Shown here piece by piece: positions 50,128 to 59,486 of a DNA stretch of 64,000 nucleotides; the stretch's first letter is position 1; each line of letters opens with the position of its first letter. The translations under genes and the position numbers were made by a program. Origin of the DNA: Cytophagaceae bacterium. GTDB lineage: Bacteria; Bacteroidota; Bacteroidia; Cytophagales; JAIYAX01. The stretch lies in the NCBI GenBank assembly GCA_027488815.1, contig JAIYAX010000019.1, positions 65,198 to 129,197 on the forward strand, given 5' to 3'. Under the pieces are notes generated by a model. The model did not search any database, had not been told where the DNA came from, and saw nothing but the letters and a program-made list of their open reading frames with translations.

Positions 50128-51324
50128 ATGGAACTAAAATCAGCCATCAGAGAACTTGCCGACCAGAATCATGATCTGTTTGTAAGCATGAGAAGGCATC
50201 TGCATGCCCACCCGGAATTGTCTTTCCAGGAGCACCTCACTGCTAAGTGGATCGCTTCTCAGCTTTCAGCCATGGGTATTCCCTTTGAGCAAGGAGTGGC
50301 AGGCACGGGTTTGGTGGCTAAAATCGAAGGTTCGGGAACTTCCGGTAAGACCATCGCTTTAAGGGCGGATATCGATGCCTTGCCCATACTGGAGGCCAAT
50401 CAGGTAGATTATCGTTCAAAAAACGAAGGCGTTATGCATGCCTGTGGCCACGATGTACACACTTCTAGCCTGTTGGGTGCAGCAAAAATTTTACTTGAGC
50501 TACGGCCCTATTATGGAGGCACGGTGAGGTTGCTTTTTCAGCCGGGTGAAGAAAAACTTCCAGGTGGGGCCAGCCTGATGATCAAAGCAGGAGCGCTGGA
50601 TCAGCCCAGGCCACAGTCCATCTTTGGGCAGCATGTGATGCCACAATTACCTGTAGGTAAAGTAGGCTTTCGCTCAGGCAGGTATATGGCATCGACTGAT
50701 GAACTCTACCTCAAAATCATTGGACGAGGCGGGCATGGGGCTATGCCGGAGCAAAATATAGATCCTGTCATGATCAGCGCTCATATTCTGGTGGGCTTGC
50801 AACAATTGATCAGCCGAATGGCAAATCCAAAAATTCCTTCGGTATTATCTTTTGGTAAAGTAGTGGCTAATGGCGCCACCAATATCATCCCAAATGAGGT
50901 GTGGCTTGAAGGCACCTTCCGCACTATGAACGAGCCCTGGAGAAATGAGGCTCATGAAAAAATGAGGAAAATGGTGGAACTAATGGCCGAAAGCATGGGT
51001 GGGAGAGCTGAATTAGAGATCAGAAAAGGATATCCGGTGTTGGAAAATGACCCGGCTTTGACCAAACGAGCGAAACACTGGGCAGAAGATTATTTGGGAA
51101 AAGAACAGGTTGTTGAGCTTGACCTTTGGATGGCCGCTGAAGATTTTGCTTACTACACCCAAGTACTTCCGGGTTGTTTTTACCGGTTGGGAACACGAAA
51201 CGAAGCCAAAGGAATTGTCGCTCCTGTACACACACCCAACTTTGACATAGACGAAGAGGCTCTCAAAATAGGCGCTGGCCTGATGGCATTTTTAGCCCTT
51301 AAAGAACTTGAAAGCTCCGACTGA
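50128..51324 (+). CDS. M20D-family amidohydrolase (N-acyl-amino-acid amidohydrolase/hippuricase type)
   Basis: LRADIDALP, MHACGHDVH and FQPGEE motifs. Confidence 0.85.
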   Translation: MELKSAIRELADQNHDLFVSMRRHLHAHPELSFQEHLTAKWIASQLSAMGIPFEQGVAGTGLVAKIEGSGTSGKTIALRADIDALPILEANQVDYRSKNEGVMHACGHDVHTSSLLGAAKILLELRPYYGGTVRLLFQPGEEKLPGGASLMIKAGALDQPRPQSIFGQHVMPQLPVGKVGFRSGRYMASTDELYLKIIGRGGHGAMPEQNIDPVMISAHILVGLQQLISRMANPKIPSVLSFGKVVANGATNIIPNEVWLEGTFRTMNEPWRNEAHEKMRKMVELMAESMGGRAELEIRKGYPVLENDPALTKRAKHWAEDYLGKEQVVELDLWMAAEDFAYYTQVLPGCFYRLGTRNEAKGIVAPVHTPNFDIDEEALKIGAGLMAFLALKELESSD

Positions 51325-51385
51325 TCAGATTCTTGTCGGCGACTCCAGCACGATAGCAAGAGCTCAGAGCCGTAAACGGCTGTTC

Positions 51386-52966
51386 ATGAGCTTGTTTATG
51401 CTGCTGCTGGTACTGTTTGTTTTTATTCTTTCCATTGAGTTGTTGGGCAATGGCTTCCGGCTGTTCAATCTCGAGATTTCGTATTTGATTTATACCGGTA
51501 CCTCCAACCCTTTTATTTCACTTTTTGTTGGCTTACTGGCTACTGCTATTTTCCAAAGCAGTTCAACTGTTACATCCGTAATTGTGGCACTAGTCGGCGT
51601 AGGTACCATTACAATCGAAAATGCAGTCCCCATTGTGATGGGAGCCAACATTGGGACTACAGCAACTTCCACCTTTGTCGCTCTTAACTTTTTGGGCACA
51701 AGAAAACAGCTCCGAAGGGCTATAATGGCGGCTACAGTTCATGATTTTTTCAACCTCACGACCGCTTTGGTGTTGTTTCCGCTGGAAATCATGTTTGGCA
51801 CCCTAAGTAAGTCAGCAAGACTGCTGTCCACCTGGGTTACCCCTGAAAACTTTGATGGTAATACTGCCTTCTCACTGCTGAGCTTAACGGTGAAGCCTTC
51901 TGCAGAGTGGATCAGCCAGTTTTTCTATGAATTACCGGGATTGCTCATCAGCGTGTCAATTATTTTTGTTGCCCTTTCGATTGCATTTATGAGTAGCATT
52001 TTGAAAGGACTGCTTCTCCCAGAAAATGAACAGAAAGTCAATCAGATCATCTTCAGCTCAAGGCCTAAAGCCTTGATTTGGGGGGTTGGAATTACAGGGG
52101 CGATACAATCCAGCTCTGTCACAACTTCTGTAATGGTCCCTCTGGTTGCCTACAACAAAATACCTATTCAAAAAGCTTTTCCATTCATTATAGGAGCAAA
52201 TATCGGCACCACATTTACTGCTTTGCTCGCTGCGGTTTCTCAATCACAAGCCGCTATCTCGATCGCTATTGCCCACTTGCTATTCAATATTTTTGGCGGC
52301 TTGATGCTATACAGCAGCTTCACAAGCAATTTAATCATCTGGCTCAGCAGGCAGTTGGGGAATGCGGTTTTGAGGCATAGGGGACTCATTTTAGTCTACT
52401 TGCTCTCCTTATTTTTTCTGATTCCAGGTGTGTTAATTTTATCCGGAATTGGAAAAGTATCCGTAACACAATACACCTACGAACAGATCTTTAAAGGACA
52501 ACAGTCCATGCAATCAAGAATAGTATGGGACCAACACTGGGTGGAAGGAGAGGAGCGCCACATCAGAAGCTTTGTCAATCACCTGGGGCATGGACATGAC
52601 TCCCTTACCTTCACAGCCGCTGAACAGATAGTCGAAAAATCATCAAAATACGTGCAGTTAAATGACTTCATTCAGCCATTGCCCTCTTTTTCAGACTCCT
52701 GTTCAACAATTTCTGCCGGTGAAACAGCCTCCTTCAGACTTTGCCCTCTGGATACAGGTTTATTGTTTAAATCCGAGCAGAGTAAGCAAATTTTACCATC
52801 GCTCAGTTTTAGTCTGGTTCGCCTTAACTCACCAAATGATAGCATGGTGATGGTTTTGAGCAGGCAAGACTATGTGCTCCTGGAAAGAAAAGTGTACCGT
52901 GAGGGCCGTTTGTACATGCAGGAAACCCTGATTAAAAAATTCCCTGATCCATCCATTAAAAAATAG
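51386..52966 (+). CDS. Na/Pi-cotransporter family membrane protein with a non-PhoU C-terminal soluble extension
   Basis: ORF 51308..52966, first ATG at 51386. Duplicated QSSS motifs (IFQSSSTVTSVIV, AIQSSSVTTSVMV). The last 170 aa or so are not hydrophobic and not PhoU-like. Confidence 0.7.
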   Translation: MSLFMLLLVLFVFILSIELLGNGFRLFNLEISYLIYTGTSNPFISLFVGLLATAIFQSSSTVTSVIVALVGVGTITIENAVPIVMGANIGTTATSTFVALNFLGTRKQLRRAIMAATVHDFFNLTTALVLFPLEIMFGTLSKSARLLSTWVTPENFDGNTAFSLLSLTVKPSAEWISQFFYELPGLLISVSIIFVALSIAFMSSILKGLLLPENEQKVNQIIFSSRPKALIWGVGITGAIQSSSVTTSVMVPLVAYNKIPIQKAFPFIIGANIGTTFTALLAAVSQSQAAISIAIAHLLFNIFGGLMLYSSFTSNLIIWLSRQLGNAVLRHRGLILVYLLSLFFLIPGVLILSGIGKVSVTQYTYEQIFKGQQSMQSRIVWDQHWVEGEERHIRSFVNHLGHGHDSLTFTAAEQIVEKSSKYVQLNDFIQPLPSFSDSCSTISAGETASFRLCPLDTGLLFKSEQSKQILPSLSFSLVRLNSPNDSMVMVLSRQDYVLLERKVYREGRLYMQETLIKKFPDPSIKK

Positions 52967-52978
52967 CTCCATAAGGTC

Positions 52979-53338
52979 ATGTTTAAACTGCCAAAACTTG
53001 AGAATATCGGTAATAAGCTAAATGAGTACATCGATTCAAGGCTCGATCTTATCAAACTTGATCTTCAGACCTCAGTTTCAAAAGCACTGACCAGGATTTC
53101 TATTCTCGTTTTAAATCTGTTTTTGGTTTTCCTGATCTTCTTCTTCGCAAGTCTGGGTCTTGCAGGCACTTTAAATGAGCTCTTTGGAAACCTGTACGGT
53201 GGATATCTCGTATTGGCAGCACTTTACTTTTTGTTTTTAGTTTGCCTTCAGTTGAAGCCCGTTCAACGAAGACTGAAAAAAACGATAGATCAGGTCATTG
53301 ACAAAGTGATTGCCCACCCTAACGAACAACAACCATGA
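52979..53338 (+). CDS. Small membrane protein, phage-holin-family (Holin-X/PF07332-like) fold
   Basis: Amphipathic N-terminus followed by two TM helices (ILVLNLFLVFLIFFFASLGLAG, GYLVLAALYFLFLVCL). Confidence 0.5.
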   Translation: MFKLPKLENIGNKLNEYIDSRLDLIKLDLQTSVSKALTRISILVLNLFLVFLIFFFASLGLAGTLNELFGNLYGGYLVLAALYFLFLVCLQLKPVQRRLKKTIDQVIDKVIAHPNEQQP

Positions 53339-53724
53339 AGAACCCACAAGACTCGGAGCTGTTTGATGAGGTTTCTGAAAAAAGAAGGATCTTAAAAGAT
53401 CGTGGAGATGCTGCTATAAGAAGCATTGAAATTGATCTTGATGAAATCAAGGAAGACAGCATCAGAATTGGAAAAAAAGTACTGATCATCGGCGGTGTTC
53501 TGCTCGCCGGCTATGCCCTCTATCGAATTTTAGCTCCTTCGGATGACAATGATGAGACCGGCGAAGAGAAAAGTTCAGGAATGAAGGTCATTCGTGTGAA
53601 GGAGCGCAGCAACCCAATATTGAGTCAGTTGTCCGGAATGGCCCTTGCCCTGGCTTTGGAATATGCTCGGAGGCGTCTTTTTCAGTACCTTGACAGCCTT
53701 GAAGAGAAAAAAGAGAAGGGCTGA
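53335..53724 (+). CDS. Hypothetical single-TM protein
   Basis: ATGA overlap with the upstream gene. Central TM VLIIGGVLLAGYALYRIL. No family recognised. Confidence 0.45.
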   Translation: MKNPQDSELFDEVSEKRRILKDRGDAAIRSIEIDLDEIKEDSIRIGKKVLIIGGVLLAGYALYRILAPSDDNDETGEEKSSGMKVIRVKERSNPILSQLSGMALALALEYARRRLFQYLDSLEEKKEKG

Positions 53725-54476
53725 TGAGCACCGGACCGGTATATGAACAAATGCTTAACGCTAAAGCACTAGGCAAGAAAAGCCTGGCTTTGCTGATTGA
53801 TCCGGATAAATCGGATCTTTTTCAACTTGCAGCTCATTTACAATCCGGTCAATTTGAAGGGCTTGATTATTTTTTTGTAGGAGGTAGCCTCATCACCAGT
53901 GACTTGCTTTCCGAGACCATCAGGATGGTTAAAAATCATTCTGATCTGCCGGTCATACTATTTCCAGGCAGCAACATGCACCTTGATCCACAGGCAGATG
54001 CAATTCTTTTTTTGTCATTGATCTCCGGCCGTAACCCTGAATACCTGATCGGGCAGCATGTAGTTGCAGCACCAGTCATCAAGCGCACCAGAGTTGAAGT
54101 CATTTCAACAGGATATATGGTGGTCGATGGGGGTAAGCCTACCACGGTCAGTTACATGTCTCACTCCGCCCCAATACCTGCTGACAAACCTGAGATTGCG
54201 GCAAGCACAGCTATAGCAGGTGAAATGCTGGGGATGAAAACCCTGTATCTGGACGCAGGCAGTGGTGCCGAAAGACCCGTCTCAGGGAAGATGATCCGCA
54301 TGACGAGAAACAATATTGAAGCTCCACTGATTGTAGGAGGTGGAATAAAAAATGCAGAGCAAGCTCTCGAAAGTTGGAAAGCAGGTGCAGACATTATAGT
54401 TGTTGGCAATGCGGCTGAGAAAAACTACAGCCTTATCCCTCAGATGCTTGAAAAAGCCGGGAGGATTAGTTCCTAA
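53724..54476 (+). CDS. Geranylgeranylglyceryl-phosphate synthase family protein (GGGPS/PcrB)
   Basis: LLIDPDK, FFVGGS, PVILFPGS, ADAILFLSLISGRNPEYLIG, YLDAGSGA, LIVGGGIKN and GADIIVVGN form the TIM-barrel GGGPS pattern. Confidence 0.85.
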   Translation: MSTGPVYEQMLNAKALGKKSLALLIDPDKSDLFQLAAHLQSGQFEGLDYFFVGGSLITSDLLSETIRMVKNHSDLPVILFPGSNMHLDPQADAILFLSLISGRNPEYLIGQHVVAAPVIKRTRVEVISTGYMVVDGGKPTTVSYMSHSAPIPADKPEIAASTAIAGEMLGMKTLYLDAGSGAERPVSGKMIRMTRNNIEAPLIVGGGIKNAEQALESWKAGADIIVVGNAAEKNYSLIPQMLEKAGRISS

Positions 54477-54642
54477 TCAGGATCGCCCTTTACATGAAGA
54501 TCTTATCGTAAAGAGCAGTTTACCCATTGACCAAAGGTGTAAGTCGCTTCTATGATATTGTTGTTTTGAGCCTGATCACTCTGTGCTTCCTTAGATCGAA
54601 TGGTGAGAAAATTGAAGTTAAAAATGATTTTCATTCCTTTTA

Positions 54643-54650
54643 TAATTTTG
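54643..54650 (+). promoter_or_regulatory. Candidate -7 box TAATTTTG in the 294-bp gap upstream of the 54771 operon
   Basis: TAnnTTTG lies about 120 nt upstream of the ATG at 54771, which would imply a 5' UTR of about 110 nt. Confidence 0.35.
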
Positions 54651-54770
54651 GGAATACTCTCAAACACTGCCTTGGCAGCCTCTGGGTAAATTTGTCATGA
54701 TAAATGAAATAAACTACTTTTAAGGCATCATGAACCGACACCTACCAGGGGTGTAATTGACATTTTAGCT

Positions 54771-56240
54771 ATGCTTTACCGTCCCAACTTAATTTTGGGT
54801 CTAGTTCTGTTGTTGCTTTCCGCTTGCAACAAAGAGCCCAAAAAGACTGAAGAAACGAAGATCGTTTCGAAACCTGTTTTACTCAAAGGCAATATCACAG
54901 GTGCTTCAATTCCAATTATTTACCTGTATTCAAGTGAAGGTTTTCTGGATATTGGCTTAAATGAAGGTCTGATTGATAGTGCCATTTTGGGGCCTGAAGG
55001 GGATTTTTCATTATTGTTTTATTCAGCAAAGCCTGACTTTTATAAAATTCGCCTGGGAAAAGATGTGCTGTTGGGTAGCCCTCAAACTGATTTTTTTATT
55101 GAGCCTGGCGATACCCTCACCATTCGTACTGATGCTTCCAGGCCGGAGAGCTCCATTTCGGTGGAAGGAAATAATGTGCTCTGTCACCAATTTACAGTTG
55201 ATGAACTGAACTTCTTTGCCCGTGACCTTTATCAATCCACTAAGGAAAGCAGCCTTTACGATTCCAAGCCGATTGGTGCCGCCCAGCTCAACAATGGCTT
55301 AAAAGCAGAAAGAGCTAAGTTTTTTAAAAGCTACATGGCTGGTCGATATGTTCATGGAGAGTTTGAGCGGTATTACTATAAGAAAAACGTCTATGAGCAT
55401 GTTGTAAGATCTTATAAGTACATGCTTTTGAGTGAACTACGTAAAAAGGCAAAGACCCGTGTCGTTTTTACGGATTTGAATACTTTCAACACAAGTCAGG
55501 AAGTAGAGCTGAACGCAGACTACCTGCTGTTCATAAATTCATATAGGGACTATCTGCTGCATAAGGCCTGGGGCAAGGTTCACTTTGATCTTTCTGTAAG
55601 TCCAGATTCCTTATTTGAAAAGTTGGGCTATATCTACGTGCTGAATGAATGTAAAAAAGAATACAAGGGCAAATGTTTAGAGATGGCATTGTTTGAAAGC
55701 CGAAAGTTGATGCCTTTTTTCTGGCACAGGCCTGAGTTTTACAATCAGATTCAGGAAATCAATTTTTTACTTCCTGAGCCTGTAAGTCCGGCAGGTCATC
55801 AAATAAAAACCATTGTAAGCCGATTAGCAGCATGGGCTCCTGGAAAAGAGCTGAAAATAGATCAGGTGTATTCCAGTGAAGGTAGCTTAACACCTGCCTC
55901 AGCGTTTTTTGTCGGGGAGTACAGCCTTTACATCGTAGATGATCTCAAGGTGCTTAATGAGTTGCAAAAAGGCTCTTCCATACAAAAAGCGATTGTGCTT
56001 TATTTGGGTAACGAGGAACAGGATCTCGGGAGTTGGAAAAAAGAAGCTCTTAGAAATAAATCAAAAGATTTTAGATTTGCAGCCCTCTTTGGGGAAGAAG
56101 CCCAAAGAATCAAATCTAGCATTTGTCTTTATCTACCTGTTAATGTCTTTCAAATGAAGGACTTAATGATATCCAGGCCGTTTATAAAAATGAAAGAGCC
56201 GGAAAATTATGAACCAATAAACCTAAGAATAATAGATTAG
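54771..56240 (+). CDS. Lipoprotein with DUF4369-like N-terminal domain and thioredoxin-like C-terminal region lacking CxxC
   Basis: Lipobox LLSAC. LKGNITGA..IIYLY..DSAILGPEGDFSLLF resembles DUF4369. The overall TlpA-like architecture is present but no CxxC was seen. Confidence 0.5.
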   Translation: MLYRPNLILGLVLLLLSACNKEPKKTEETKIVSKPVLLKGNITGASIPIIYLYSSEGFLDIGLNEGLIDSAILGPEGDFSLLFYSAKPDFYKIRLGKDVLLGSPQTDFFIEPGDTLTIRTDASRPESSISVEGNNVLCHQFTVDELNFFARDLYQSTKESSLYDSKPIGAAQLNNGLKAERAKFFKSYMAGRYVHGEFERYYYKKNVYEHVVRSYKYMLLSELRKKAKTRVVFTDLNTFNTSQEVELNADYLLFINSYRDYLLHKAWGKVHFDLSVSPDSLFEKLGYIYVLNECKKEYKGKCLEMALFESRKLMPFFWHRPEFYNQIQEINFLLPEPVSPAGHQIKTIVSRLAAWAPGKELKIDQVYSSEGSLTPASAFFVGEYSLYIVDDLKVLNELQKGSSIQKAIVLYLGNEEQDLGSWKKEALRNKSKDFRFAALFGEEAQRIKSSICLYLPVNVFQMKDLMISRPFIKMKEPENYEPINLRIID

Positions 56241-56243
56241 TCC

Positions 56244-57212
56244 ATGCTCAATAACACGTTAAATCATCCCAAGTCGCTTACTCGTATCGGCGTTTTCTAT
56301 GATGGTAATTACTTTTTACACGTCAGCAACTACTACAACTACGTGCATCCGAAACGCTCAAGGATATCCATCAATGGCTTGCACGAGTTCATCCGCCATC
56401 GTGTAGCTAAAGAGGAAGGAACCGACGTAAGGCTTTGTCAAATAGTAGATGCACACTATTTCAGAGGCAGGCTTAGTGCCAGTGAAGCCTCTCAGCGTAC
56501 CGGCTTGCTGTACTTCGAGCGGGTATTCGATGATATTCTCATGTCCGAAGGAGTTACTACACATTACTTACCGGTAAGGCAGAGCTTCGGGAGGAAGTTT
56601 GACAAAGGGATCGACCTTTGGCTTGCTTTGGAGGCTTATGAACTTGCATTTTATAAGCAATTCAGCGTGTTGGTGATCATTGGCTCTGATAGTGACTATG
56701 TGCCTTTAGCCCGAAAGCTAAATACTCTGGGGGTTCGGGTGATGGTCATCGGTTGGGACTATGACTATACCGATGAGGATGGAACCAGCTTTGTGACCCG
56801 CACCTCGCAGGACCTTTTGGCTGAAGTAACGTATCCGATCGCCATGCACAAAATCATCGATGATGAAGACAATCAGGAAGATGATCTGGTAGCGCAATTG
56901 TTTGTACCAAGGAGCACAGAGAAAAAATCTTTCCCTAAGCCCGCATTAGACGATAAGAATGGCAACTCCTTCTCAACGGATACGGAACAGCTTCTTCAAT
57001 CTGAAGATCGGGTAGTGTCAACCATCAAGTCAGTGAAAGAAGGTTATGGATTTATCAATTACCCGCCGAACAATGTGTTCTTTCATTACACCAGTTTGCT
57101 GGATTATGATTTTAACGACTTGTCGATAGGAGATCAGGTTCAGTTTACTCTTGAGCAAAAAGAGGATGGCCGTTTGGTTGCCAAGGATATTTTAGTGGTT
57201 ATTGCTTCATAG
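56244..57212 (+). CDS. NYN (LabA/DUF88) nuclease-fold domain fused to a C-terminal cold-shock (S1-like) domain
   Basis: IGVFYDGNYF and IIGSDSDYVPLARKL are acidic NYN motifs. The C-terminal VSTIKSVKEGYGFINYP..VFFHY..GDQVQF is CSD-like. Confidence 0.75.
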   Translation: MLNNTLNHPKSLTRIGVFYDGNYFLHVSNYYNYVHPKRSRISINGLHEFIRHRVAKEEGTDVRLCQIVDAHYFRGRLSASEASQRTGLLYFERVFDDILMSEGVTTHYLPVRQSFGRKFDKGIDLWLALEAYELAFYKQFSVLVIIGSDSDYVPLARKLNTLGVRVMVIGWDYDYTDEDGTSFVTRTSQDLLAEVTYPIAMHKIIDDEDNQEDDLVAQLFVPRSTEKKSFPKPALDDKNGNSFSTDTEQLLQSEDRVVSTIKSVKEGYGFINYPPNNVFFHYTSLLDYDFNDLSIGDQVQFTLEQKEDGRLVAKDILVVIAS

Positions 57213-59396
57213 GTTTTCCTTCAACCATTGAGTCATCATGGTATAGAGGTGCAGTCGGGTATTGCCTCCATAGATCCCATGATTTTTGTCCGGATAATAA
57301 AAGGAGTCAAACTGCTTTCCTGAACTTACCAATGCCTTGCTAAGTTCGACAGCATTCTGAAAATGTACATTATCATCACCGGTCCCATGGATCAGGAGAT
57401 AACGGCCCTTGAGTGAGTCGGTATGGCTTAAAGGTGAATTGTCATCATAGCCTTTTTTGTTTTCACCCGGCAACCCCAGGTACCTCTCGGTGTAAATGCT
57501 GTCATACAACCTCCAGTTGCTTACAGGTGCTACAGCGATGGCTGCCTTGAAGTAATCATGCCCAATCAAAAGACTCAACGAACTCATATAACCTCCGTAG
57601 CTCCAGCCCCAAATCCCAATTCGTTTAGGGTCTACAAACGTTTGTGTTCCGAGATACTTTGCAACTGCAATCTGATCCTGCGTTTCGAGCTTCCCAAGTT
57701 GTAAATAGGTTTGCTTTTTGAATTGCTCTCCTTTGCCTCCTGTACCACGGTTGTCTGCAACTACAATCAGATAGCCTTCATTGGCCAGCATTTGATGCCA
57801 AAAAAAGTTAGAGCCCATCCAGGAGTCTCTGACTTGCTGTGAACCAGGCCCTCCATATACGTGCATCAGTACCGGGTATTTCTTTTGCGGGTCAAAATCT
57901 TTCGGCATTATCATGTATGCAGCGAGTAGGCTTTGATCTGCCCCGGGTATAGTCATAAACTTGGTTTCATTCAGGTCAAATGCCCCCATTCTGGTACGCA
58001 GAGCGGCATTATCCTCCAGAATTCTCAGCTCCTTTCCGGTCTTTGCTTCCTTAAGCTTAACGCTGGTGGGGACATTGATTCGAGAGTGAAAGTCCAGAAA
58101 GTAACTGAAATCCGGACTCATTTGAATGTTGTGAGAACCGGCCTCCTGGGTAAGTCTTAGTTTCTTCTTGTCTTTGGATTGAATGACATACAGTTGCCTT
58201 TCCTGTGGGCCAGTTTCTGTTGACGTAAAAAACAACCTGCCGGAGGCTTCATCATACCCGATCACCTCATCCACTTCCCAACTCCCCTGGGTGATCTGGT
58301 CGAGTTGTTTTCCTTTCAGATCAAAGCGATAGACATGCTTAAAACCGGACCGCTCTGAGGAGTAGAGAAAACTCTCTCCGTCCTGAAGATAAACTAAGTC
58401 ATCATACAGGTCCAGATAGGCAGGATGGCTTTCGCTGAAAATAAGGCTACATATTCCTGAATTAGGATCTGCATGCAAAATCTCCAGCTTGTTCTGAAGC
58501 CTGTTCATTTTCATCAGTGAAACAATAGTGCCCTTAGCTGTCCATCGGATCCTGGGAAGGTAGTGCTCCTGTGGGTCGTTGATTTGTAATGCTGTTGTTT
58601 TGCCGCTGCCAATTTCTACTACAGAAGCTGTCACTAGTGCATTCTTTTCCCCTGCTTTAGGGTATTTGTATTTGTAATCTTTAGGATAGAGCCCTTCCCA
58701 TCGCTGCATGTTGTATTCCGGAACCTGACGTTCATCAAAAGTCAGGTAGGCAATGTATCGGCTGTCCGGTGACCATTCATAGGCTTTTGACAAGCTGAAT
58801 TCTTCTTCATAGACCCAGTCGCTGCTTCCATGTATGACTTGATTGAGCAGTCCGCTGCTTGTCAAAGCTTTTTCAGACAAATTTTGCAAGTCAACCACCC
58901 AGAGATTATTTCCTCTGGTGAAGGCTACGAGTTTATTGTCAGGAGAAAAAGAAGGGTTTGATTGTTTGCCATTTTGGGATAGCGATTTGACAGATTTGCT
59001 TTTCAGATCTACCAGTATGTAGTTGGCTACAAACGATCTGCGGTAAATGGCCTCTGACTCGGTTTCAAGCAGGAGAAATTGCTCATCTGAAGAAAAGCGA
59101 TAGCCTGAAAATGTCGCTTTTCTACCCAAAGCACTACCTGGTAGCGTTCGGCTATGCACCAAAGTATCCAAAGCTTTGCCGGTCAGGATATCAAACTTAA
59201 CGACAGCAGAGTGGCCCTCCTTAGTAGTGATAAGAGATGAATATTGACCTTTCGTTTTCATCCAGTTGACTCCATACACGGATTTTGCGTTGAAGGTGCC
59301 TTTTAACCAGATGTCTTCTAGGCTGATGGAGGATTTTTGCTGAGCAGATGCGGCCGGAGCCAGCAATAAGAGTAGGAAGAGAGCGGTATACTTCAT
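57207..59396 (-). CDS. Dipeptidyl-peptidase IV (S9B family)
   Basis: Signal peptide, DPPIV N-terminal propeller, GWSYGGY nucleophile, GTGDDNVH, and NHGI His. ATG at 59396 (TTG at 59402 in the ORF track). Confidence 0.92.
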   Translation of the reverse strand: MKYTALFLLLLLAPAASAQQKSSISLEDIWLKGTFNAKSVYGVNWMKTKGQYSSLITTKEGHSAVVKFDILTGKALDTLVHSRTLPGSALGRKATFSGYRFSSDEQFLLLETESEAIYRRSFVANYILVDLKSKSVKSLSQNGKQSNPSFSPDNKLVAFTRGNNLWVVDLQNLSEKALTSSGLLNQVIHGSSDWVYEEEFSLSKAYEWSPDSRYIAYLTFDERQVPEYNMQRWEGLYPKDYKYKYPKAGEKNALVTASVVEIGSGKTTALQINDPQEHYLPRIRWTAKGTIVSLMKMNRLQNKLEILHADPNSGICSLIFSESHPAYLDLYDDLVYLQDGESFLYSSERSGFKHVYRFDLKGKQLDQITQGSWEVDEVIGYDEASGRLFFTSTETGPQERQLYVIQSKDKKKLRLTQEAGSHNIQMSPDFSYFLDFHSRINVPTSVKLKEAKTGKELRILEDNAALRTRMGAFDLNETKFMTIPGADQSLLAAYMIMPKDFDPQKKYPVLMHVYGGPGSQQVRDSWMGSNFFWHQMLANEGYLIVVADNRGTGGKGEQFKKQTYLQLGKLETQDQIAVAKYLGTQTFVDPKRIGIWGWSYGGYMSSLSLLIGHDYFKAAIAVAPVSNWRLYDSIYTERYLGLPGENKKGYDDNSPLSHTDSLKGRYLLIHGTGDDNVHFQNAVELSKALVSSGKQFDSFYYPDKNHGIYGGNTRLHLYTMMTQWLKENL

Positions 59397-59453
59397 TGCC
59401 AATTGAGTTTTAAGGCATTGAGGACAATATTATGATTAATGCTCATCATGTCC

Positions 59454-59461
59454 TAGATTTG
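59454..59461 (+). promoter_or_regulatory. Candidate -7 box TAGATTTG for the lipoprotein gene
   Basis: TAnnTTTG lies 26 nt upstream of the ATG at 59487. Confidence 0.5.
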
Positions 59462-59486
59462 CAGCACAAAACAAAAAGACATCAAC

